This document shows positions 48,950 to 57,518 of a stretch of 57,518 nucleotides of DNA, piece by piece; positions within the stretch are counted from its first letter, which is position 1; every line of letters begins with the position of its first letter. Source of the DNA: Chiloscyllium plagiosum (Eukaryota); the NCBI RefSeq assembly GCF_004010195.1, contig NC_057718.1:70586763-70644280 (forward strand). Reading direction: 5' to 3'. The notes beneath the pieces are model-generated. The model did no database searches, had not been told where the DNA came from, and saw only the letters and a list, made by a program, of their open reading frames with translations. The translations under genes and the position numbers were made by a program.

Positions 48950-50400
48950 ATTAAACAGACACATGACTCTGTACCAGCATTAGGAGTCCTTGACCTGAAA
49001 AAGCCCTTTCACTTCTTTTGCACCTTGATACAACTCGGGAAGGCGATATTACACTCCCCACATGTATAGTCGAGTTCTTGGAAGCTGGCAAACTGAAAAA
49101 GTTTCAGACAGTCAGCAAGCCAAATGGGAAGCCACAGTGTTGGCAGGAGACAAGAATGTCAAAGATAATTGAGAACCAACAAGCTATGTTAATCAGGAAG
49201 GAGAGACACATGATTGTATCCCCTTCTTGGAGGAAGAAGAAGAAAGACAGAGTAGAGTTAAGGAAGAGCCATTAGAGGGGCCAGATGTGAAATGCATGTT
49301 TGTAGATGGAGTGCAGAAGCATTATGATGGTGAGGCCTGGACAGGGTGGGCTGTAGTTAATTGGAAAGGAGAGCTTTTAGCAGGAGAAAGGATAGGAGGA
49401 TGTCATTCTGCCCAGGTTGCCGAACTAAAACCTTTTACTGCTGCCTAGCAGTCAGGGAGAGGACAAAGGGTTAACATCTATACAGACTATAAGTATACCT
49501 TTAGTGTAGTCCATGACTATCTGATGGCATGGGCAAGGCGAGGCTATGTTACTTCAAGTGGTAATGTAATTCAGCATGAGACCCTAGTCAACAACTTTGT
49601 GGCTGCAGCTATTGAACCGAAGGAAGCAGAAGTAATTGAAGTAACAGCACACAAAAAGGTTTAGACACCAAAGCAGAGAGGGAGCAATTACATAGATAGT
49701 GCAGCAAAAGCAATGTTAGATCAAGAAGTGATAACGATAGCAGCTGTGAGACAGCAAGCAGTCAAAGATGATGAATGGAACATGATAAATTTACAAGCAG
49801 CAGCTAGATTAGATGAAAAAGCAGGATGGATTAAAGATGGAGCAGCATTAGGAGCAGATGATATTTAGAGAAAAGATGATAAGGTGGTAGCTCCCACATT
49901 CTGCCAACAGACCTTAAGCAATGTTTACCGCGGATTAGACCATGTAGGTAGGGATAAAATGATACAGCTAATATCTAACTGCTGGTGGTGGAAAACAATG
50001 GGAAGAGATATAGTTAGATTTTGCTAGTGATGTGCGCAGACAGAACCAGGACAGGAAATGAAAATTAATGAGCCATCAGCCTCACCCACAGTGACCATGG
50101 GAACACAATCAAATAGATTTCATAAGACCACTCCCACAGTCAGAATAAAAAACATTGTCTACTCATGGTAAACCTGTTTACCAGATGAGTAGAAGCTTAC
50201 AGAACATTTGTGGCAAAAATATTGGCAATTGAAATAATACCCCTGTGGGGAGGGGTTTCCCCTACAGCCAGACTCAGACGAAGGGACCCAATTCACAGAC
50301 AGGTACCTAAAGGAAACATGTAAACTCTTGGGAATAACACAAAAGTATCACATCCCCTACCATCCACAGAGCTCAGGTATGGTGGAGGGGATCAATGGAA
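48950..50400 (+). pseudogene. pol: ERV pol remnant: connection, RNase H, integrase
   Basis: VPALGVLDLKKPFHF; MFVDG...SAQVAELK...VNIYTDYKYTFSVVHD...VTAH; HVGRDKM..WWW; QIDF, SDEGTQFT, HIPYHPQSSGMVEGING; stops and frameshifts; RT core not seen. Confidence 0.9.
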
Positions 50401-50434
50401 TGACACCAATTTTGAGGGCAGACACAGAGCTAAC

Positions 50435-51066
50435 TACCACCAATTTGGACAGAGTTCTGTTACCTGGGCTATGTGGTACCATTCATGTGTGACACATTGT
50501 CCCTCTTGAAGGAGGTGGTATCTCAGAAATCAAAAGGTTCTTTACCACATTGATACCCAGGTAAGTACTGCCAAACTAGCTAATATAGCTGCAGTCTTAG
50601 AACATGTGGCCAATGACACCTCACATGCCCGAGGCAAGTTATATGCAGAATTGGTCACCATATGAGTCATGGCACTGGAGAACCAACTTGTTCTAAACTT
50701 GATATTAGACAAGAAAGGGAGTAAGTGTGCACTCATTGGAAAGGAGTGCTGTATGTACATCCTTGATAACTCGGGAGTAAATTACTCATTTGGTTGAACA
50801 AAAGAAATGAACAAACTCTAACAATCTCATATTCAACCCAATGGAGTTGGGCAATGTGGTGTCTGGGATTTCTGGGGATGCCCATTGTCCAGGGAATAGT
50901 AATTTTTATTGTCATAGTATATCTATGTTATCTTATTTATGACTTCAAATGTTTCATCTCCACAATAACGAAGATGATGATCACCGAAGTGCAACGGACC
51001 GAGAATGTGGCCCTACTACGCACCACCAAGCCAACAGACTACTCGTGCAATGATGAAAGAAAATGA
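50435..51066 (+). pseudogene. env: ERV env remnant (gamma-type SU end and TM)
   Basis: LPPIWTEFCYLGYVVP; ISD-like ALENQLVLNLILDKKG then CALIGKECC (CX6CC, 50726-50752); hydrophobic anchor IVQGIVIFIVIVYLCYLIY. Confidence 0.88.
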
Positions 51067-51199
51067 CCAGCTCATCAAACAATGGGAAAAGGATCGTCGA
51101 TGCGACAGCGCCGAAAGAAGACTACTCATGGACTCTGATTTGGACTGTTAGTGAATAATGTCCCTCTGGCTATAATCTGGCCTAGGGCCAAAGGGGGAA

Positions 51200-52696
51200 T
51201 CTAGAAGGGCAGCCCATGTTTGAAAGACATAAAATAGCTGACAAGGGTTAGATAGAATGAGACAGTCTGCTCCAGCAATAAGACATGAAATGACTGACAA
51301 TAGATAAACAGAATAAACAGTCTGTTTTAACATGTAAGCGAAACACAATGATACCTTTGAACAGGGGTACTCCAAGGTCAACGAGGGGCCCTGCAAGCAA
51401 CCATTCAAGACAGTTTGATAAGAGGATGCCTAAGGATAGACAAGTGATTGATTCCAGCCTCATTAATGAAAGAATGTTGTCCCATTAAGTGAACAGCACT
51501 AGTTAGAAAAGAAATTGTAAATCTCAGCCCATGAATCAGCTGACTTAAATCATCAAGCAACAGTGATAACAACAGCTAAAGTTATTTTGTAGTAATTAAT
51601 TGTTTCTTTGAAGTTATTAACAATATTAAGAAATAGGTTCTAGCTATTCAGATAATCATAGATTTAAAAATAAGCATACACATACAACCAAAGGATAATC
51701 AAAGTATTAGTGGAAAAACATTTATACATAGATTTGAAAGTTAATTAGTCTCAGGAAACCCTTTCTTCTATCTCTAAAACAGATGCCTGTGATGCCCTAA
51801 ATGAAATAGATTGGTTGCACTTTGTTAATCGCAAAGTGTTAACAGTTGAATTAGCGGTATAAGACCAGAGACCATAGAATGTCTGCAGTGTGGAAACAGA
51901 CCATTAGGCTCAACACATCGACACTGATCCTCCGAAGAGCATCCCACCCAGACCCAGTCCCCTACCCTATCCCTGCAGCTCTACATTTCCCATGGCTAAT
52001 CCATCCAACCAACACACCCCTGGACACTATGAGCAATTTAGCATGGCCAATCCACCCAGCCTTACACTTAACAACCAACTTTATAACAGAAATTGATATT
52101 ACAATCTTACAGCAGTTAGTTAAAACCAATCGTCTTTTGTATATTTTATATATATAATTGGGACAGAGGAAAATATAATGAATAACAAAGTTCAAGGAGG
52201 CCTTAGAGATAAGCAAGTTGGGGACAAAAGAGAAGGAATATAATCAGTAACTTTGGAATGCTAATTGACAGGATGCTTAGAAAGATCCCAAGGCCTGCTG
52301 ATTACAATGCCCATTAAACACCAGGAGGTCATGGAAACCTGGGGCTGTCCATAGGCAAACTCATCATTGATTACATATTTCACAGGATTGGGTGTACAGA
52401 ATAAGAGAGAACATAGTGATCATGCTGCATGGGATCATTGTAATAGGAAATGTATAAAAATGCTGTATTTCTCTGTAAAAATCAGAGTGTGGGTGTGTCA
52501 TTGATCTCTCTTCTGATCTGATCCAAAGATTAAGGGAATAATTGTATTCTCATGTCGAGGCCAGATTCAGGGAAGATCCTTTGGCCCTCTCCCTACATTA
52601 ACTGGTTTTTGATTGAATAAAGAAGTCGACCACTTGCCTGAATCCTGCCTGCCTCCTAATCTTTGTGCCCGGTTGGGAGGGACACTCCTACCACCA
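51200..52696 (+). repeat. 3' LTR (~1.3 kb excluding a SINE fragment at ~51855-52060)
   Basis: Directly follows the PPT; TATAAAAA 52453-52460; AATAAA 52616-52621; ends CA before the TSD. Confidence 0.88.
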
Positions 52697-53125
52697 GTCA
52701 TTGCACCCCCGGCTCCTATAATTTCCTCATTGCCTCTAACTGCAGCTCAATCTGATCCATGACAGGATTCACAACCAAACACACCTCCTGCAGACATAAT
52801 CATCAGAAACACTAAAATTCTCCCTCATCTCCCACATCTGCCAGGAAGAGCACATCACTCCACTAAAGGCCATCTATGCATTTTAACAATCTTCAGACTG
52901 AGAAAATAGCACAGTTTTCTTGCTCCAAAAACACTGCTTTAAGATAACTTAGTACCTTTGTTTTATATTTTTAAAAAGTTTAATCAAGAGACAGATCTCA
53001 ATATAAACATACATTAAAAAGCAACATCCTACTCTGTTGCAATTTTGCAAAAAAAATTAAGATTTATGTTTTATGAAACGTAAAATAAAAAAGTTAGCTG
53101 ATCCCCACCTGTAACTAGTTCCAAT

Positions 53126-53736
53126 AATAGACAATAGACAATAGGTGCAGGAGTAGGCCATTCAGTCCTTCGAGCCTGCACCGCCATTCAATATAATCAT
53201 GGCTGATCATTCCTAATCAGTATCCTGTTCCTGCCTTATCTCCATAACCCTTGATTCCACTATCTTTGAGAGCTCTATCCAACTCTTTCTTAAATGAATC
53301 CAGAGAGTGGGCCTCCACTGCCCTCTGGGGCAGAGCATTCCACACAGCCACCACTCTCTGGGTGAAGAAGTTTCTCCTGAGCACTATCCTAAATGGTCTA
53401 CCCCGTATTTTTAAGCTGTGTCCTCTGGTTCGGCACTCACCCATCAGTGGAAATATGTTTCCTACTGCCAGAGTGTCCAATCCTTTCATAATCTCATACA
53501 TCTCAATCAGATCCCCTCTCAATCTTCGAAACTCAAGGGTGTACAAGCCCAGTCGCTTCAGTCTTTCAGTGTAAGGTAATCCCGCCATTCCAGGAATTGA
53601 CCTCGTGAACCTACGCTGCACTCCCTCAATAGCCAGAATGTCTTTCCTCAAATTTGGAGACCAGAACTGCACACAGTACTCCAGGTGTGGTCTCCCCAGG
53701 GCCCTGTACAGCTGGAGAAGAACCTCTTTGCTTCTA
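53126..53736 (-). mobile_element. Young 5'-truncated CR1 with open ORF2 C-terminus
   Basis: RSKEVLLQLYRALGRPHLEYCVQFWSP...RGHSLKIRGRPF...GYGDKAGTGY* uninterrupted; (aatagac)n tail. Confidence 0.92.
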
Positions 53737-54206
53737 TGGCAAGGGAGGAAGCCTAAAGCTGGCTGAAATGTCAGACAACCCAGCATGGATACTTGAGAGA
53801 GGTTCTGAGAGTAAAGTAGGTAAATTAGGTACATCCATTGGTAAATGGATGTACGCCTGAGTCTCCATGATTGGACCAGGTCCTGAGAGATCTCAGAATA
53901 GAGTTTCACAAGTTATAACAATCCAACTGTGGCATATTCTTTCTTTATTGATGGGGTGAGGGTGTTGCTGACTGGGCACCATTTATTGCAGGTAAGAGTC
54001 AACCACATTGCTGTGGGTCTGAAGTCACATGTTGTCCAGACTAGTTAAGGATGGTGGCTTCCTTCCCCCGGTTTTTACTGATAATGGATTAATGGTCATC
54101 ATTTAGACTCTTCATTCCAGATTGGAAAAAAAAATGCAAATCCTGTTGTGGCAGGATTGGAATCCAGGCCCCAGAATGTTATCCGAGTCTCGGGATGAAC
54201 ATTCCA

Positions 54207-54342
54207 GAAGGCGAATGCAGGTACTGCAGATGCTGGAGATTAGGGTCAAGATCAGAGTGGTGCAGGAAAAGCACAGCAAGTCAGGCAGCATCCGAGGAGC
54301 AGGAAAATCGACGTTTCGGGCAAAAGCCCTTCATCAGGAATG
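54207..54342 (-). mobile_element. Solo Penelope-like pLTR
   Basis: ctgcagatgctggaga...gcagcatccgaggagcaggaaaatcgacgtttcgggcaaaagcccttcatcaggaat. Confidence 0.88.
54306..54341 (-). ncRNA. Minimal type I hammerhead ribozyme motif, intact core
   Basis: Minus strand attc-CTGATGA-a-GGGC-tttt-GCCC-GAAA-C-GTC-gatt; perfect stem II, palindromic ACGT stem III. Confidence 0.78.
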
Positions 54343-54719
54343 TGTCTAGTGATAACACCAAAAGGCTATCACCCCCCGCCCCCGGGCCACCGTCATAGGA
54401 GGCAGACATGTGAAAATAACGTGACCCAAAATGAGTCAGGCCCTATATAGATAGACAACTTTATTTTACCCTCGGGATTGTGCTTCTGGGATGCAGCGTA
54501 AAATTACAAGCCTTGCCTCACGTGCATCTCTCAAGAGCCAATGGTTTCAACAAAATGAGCTGGTGTGAAGGTGGCGCAGGGATCTGAGATTGTGGGACAT
54601 CTTCACATCTGCGGGATCGGTGCCAATTTCCTCGGGTACAGCCAGAACGAAGAGAGCGTTTTTTTTTAACGCTGCTCTGTTCATGTCGCAAAAGTCAGAA
54701 ACGATGACTGGCTTCTGAA

Positions 54720-55150
54720 AAGGACCTTATTAAACTGGAGAGGCTCCAGAAAAGATTTTCCGGGTCGTTTCCAGGACTGGAAAGACTGGGATTTATTCAC
54801 TGGAGTGTAGGAGGTTGAGGGGTGACCTTGTAGAGGTTTACAAAATCAGGAGCAGTATAGACCAGGTTGGTGTCTTTTCCCAAGGATGGCTGGGGGGGGG
54901 GGTTTCAAGTCTAAGGGGCACATTTCTAAGGTGAGACGTTTCAAAAAGATATGAGGGGTAAATATTTTGCACAGGGTGCTGTGTGTGTGGAATGAACTGC
55001 CAGAGGAAGTGATGGATGGAGGTACAGTTACAACATTTAAAAACCATCGGGTAAGTTCATGAAGAGGATAGGTTTGGTGGGATATGGGCCAAGTTTGGAA
55101 CCTGGTCAGCATGGATTAGTTGAAGCAAAGGGTCCGTTTCGACATGGTGT
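54720..55150 (+). mobile_element. CR1 3' fragment
   Basis: tcactggagtgtaggaggttgaggggtgaccttgtagaggtttacaaaatc; tggaatgaactgccagaggaagt. Confidence 0.8.
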
Positions 55151-55878
55151 GACTCCACAAGATGTAATTATATCTGCAACATACTGCCACACGTCTGATT
55201 GCCCGACCTCTGGTGTGATGGCTGGTGGTGTTTCACACTGAACTCATTAGGGCACCTTCCTGTGTGGATGTAACATCAGTGACTGCACGTGATGCTGCTT
55301 ATTGGTGGAAGTCATTGTGAGGGAACATGAGCTGCAAAGTAACTACAAATACTTAACTTCAGACATACTGTCTCAGTCACTTTGTTTTTGATGTGGAGAG
55401 ATTTGTGAATTTGATGTTTTAGGTTCGGAGACGATGGTGATCTGGGGGCGGGATGGGGGGGTGGGAGGAGGGAGGGAGGTGGTCAAATGTTGGGTAGATG
55501 AGACAACAGGTGAGAAGGCTCTGCAAGAGGCATCGGGACCTCTCCATCAAACTACTGCCCAAAACCTATAAGAATCATGACTTTGGCATGAACTGACACC
55601 TTGTGTGTCCATCAGAAAGCATGTCCGAGCTCGCGGGACGATGTCAGGAGAGTGGGAAAGGGCATGAAGGATTCTGGCTGGGTGGAGGGCATTCGAAAAG
55701 CTGGGGCTGTTACCCTGGGAGTAGCGAAGGGTTTGACAGGAAGTACTGACAATCAGGAATGGTTACATTGGTGTATATGGGGAAGGACTGTTTCCAGCAG
55801 GCTGAGGAAGGAGCAGGAGAGAAATCCCAGGAATTAACGCCAGGCAGTGCAGAGTAATCTGTCATGCAATGTCAGAAA

Positions 55879-57518
55879 GGAGGACAGGGAGAGGGTTCAG
55901 TGATAACGGGGGGGGGACAGGGAGAGGGTCAGTGATAACCAGGAGGACAGGGAGAGGGTTCAGTGATAACCAGAGGGAGAGGGAGAGGGTTCAGTGATAA
56001 CCAGGGGGACAGGGAGAGGGTTCAGTGATAACTACGATGACAGGGACAGGGAGACCGTTCAGTGATAATCTGTGGGACAGGGAGAGGGTGCAGTGATAAC
56101 CAGGGGGAACAGGGAGAGGGAGGGGGTTCATTGATAATCAGGGGGACAGGGAGAGGGTTCAGTGATAACTAGGATGACAGGGATAGGGAGACGGTTCAGT
56201 GATAATCTGTGGGACAGGAGAGGGTGCAGTGATAACCTGGGGGACAGGGAGATGGTTCAGTGATAACCGGGGGGACAGGGAGAGGGTTCAGTGATAACCA
56301 GGAGGACAGGGAGTGGGTTCAGTGATAACCGGGGGGACAGGGAGAGGGTTTCGTGAAAACCAGGGGGTCAGGGAGAGGGAGAGGGTTTAGTGATAACCAG
56401 GAGGACAGGGAGATGGTTCAGTGATAACCAGGGGGACAGGGAGAGGGTTCAGTGATAACCTGGTGGACAGGGAGAGGGAGAGGGTTCAGTGATAACCAGG
56501 GGGACAGGGAGAGGGTTCAGTGATAACCAGGGAGAGGGAGTGGGTTCAGTGATAACCAGGGGGACTGGGAGATGGTTCCATGATAACCAGGGGGACAGGG
56601 AGAGGGTTCAGTGATAACCAGGGGGACAGGGAGAGGGTTCAGTGATAACCAGAGGTGAGGGAGATGGTTCATTGATAAGCAGGGGGGATTGGGAGAGGGT
56701 TCAGTGATAACCAGGAGGACAGGGAGAGGGTTCAGTGATAACCAGGGGGACAGAGAGAGGGAGAGGGTTCAGTGATAACCAGGGAGAGGGAGAGGGTTCA
56801 GTGATAACCAGGGGGACAGGGAGAGGGAGAGGGTCCAGTGATAACCAGGAGGACAGGGAGAGGGTTCAGTGATAACCAGAGAGAGGGAGAGGGTTCAGTG
56901 ATAACCAGGGGGACAGGGAGAGGGTTCAGTGATAACCAGGGGTGAGGGAGAGGGTTCATTGATAAGCAGGGGGGACTGGGAGATGGTTCAGTGATAACCA
57001 GGAGGACAGGGAGAGGGTTCAGTGATAACCAGAGAGAGGGAGAGGGTTCAGTGATAACCAGAGAGAGGGAGAGGGTTCAGTGATAACCAGAGAGAGGGAG
57101 AGGGTTCAGTGATAACCAGAGAGAGGGAGAGGGTTCAGTGATAACCAGAGAGAGGGAGAGGGTTCAGTGATAACCAGAGAGAGGGAGAGGGTTCAGTGAT
57201 AACCAGGGGGACAGGGAGAGGGTTCAGTGATAACCAGGGGGACAGGGAGAGGGTTCAGTGATAACCAGGGGGACAGGGAGAGGGTTCAGTGATAACCAGG
57301 GGGACAGGGAGAGGGTTCAGTGATAACCAGGGGGACAGGGAGAGGGTTCAGTGATAACCAGGGGGACAGGGAGAGGGTTCAGTGATAACCAGGGGGACAG
57401 GGAGAGGGTTCAGTGATAACCAGGGGGACAGGGAGAGGGTTCAGTGATAACCAGGGGGACAGGGAGAGGGTTCAGTGATAACCAGGGGGACAGGGAGAGG
57501 GTTCAGTGATAACCAGGG
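55879..57518 (+). repeat. G-rich minisatellite, main unit 31 bp, running off the window end
   Basis: (CAGGGGGACAGGGAGAGGGTTCAGTGATAAC)n with 29-bp and ~37-bp variants; roughly 50 units visible. Confidence 0.97.

Larger units (their letters stand above)
45065..52696 (+). mobile_element. Decayed endogenous retrovirus (LTR-pol-env-LTR)
   Basis: TG...CA ends, TSD GTCAT (45060-45064, 52697-52701), paired LTRs, PPT aaagggggaa (51190-51199), RNase H, integrase and env remnants. Confidence 0.92.
53936..54375 (-). mobile_element. SacSINE1/DeuSINE-like tRNA-derived SINE interrupted by a pLTR
   Basis: taagagtcaaccacattgctgtgggtctgaagtcacatg..ccagac matches the SacSINE1 body as recalled; degenerate A/B boxes on minus. 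Confidence 0.65.

Noticed and set aside
50435..51066. Domesticated syncytin-like env
   Set aside because: Most of SU is deleted and the TM has stops and frameshifts.
53217..53909. 230-aa host gene
   Set aside because: The C-terminal part is CR1 ORF2 and the N-terminal ~58 aa is unrelated flank read in frame.
55879..57518. CRISPR-like array or telomere
   Set aside because: Units are head-to-tail without unique spacers, the context is vertebrate, and there are no (TTAGGG)n runs.

Overview
Vertebrate genomic DNA, most likely from a shark (inferred from HE1/V-SINE and SacSINE1-like repeats). The + strand carries the last ten coding exons of an ERM-family gene with ezrin-diagnostic residues (4057-39085; 1572 nt spliced, 523 codons plus stop; the N-terminal ~64 codons lie upstream of the window), followed by a ~1.2 kb 3'UTR. 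Introns and the downstream region are dense in nested mobile elements: HE1 SINEs, CR1 LINEs, Penelope-like elements whose termini carry minimal hammerhead-ribozyme motifs and often form inverted repeats, an antisense solo LTR, a pogo/Tigger transposon and a MITE. A decayed endogenous retrovirus (45065-52696) retains long LTRs, a 5-bp TSD, RNase H, integrase and a gamma-type env. The window ends in a G-rich 29-37 bp minisatellite. Most ORF-track entries are spurious or TE remnants. I found no evidence for a new protein-coding system; the best leads are the ribozyme-bearing foldback Penelope insertions and the ERV. Repeat boundaries without a visible TSD are approximate.
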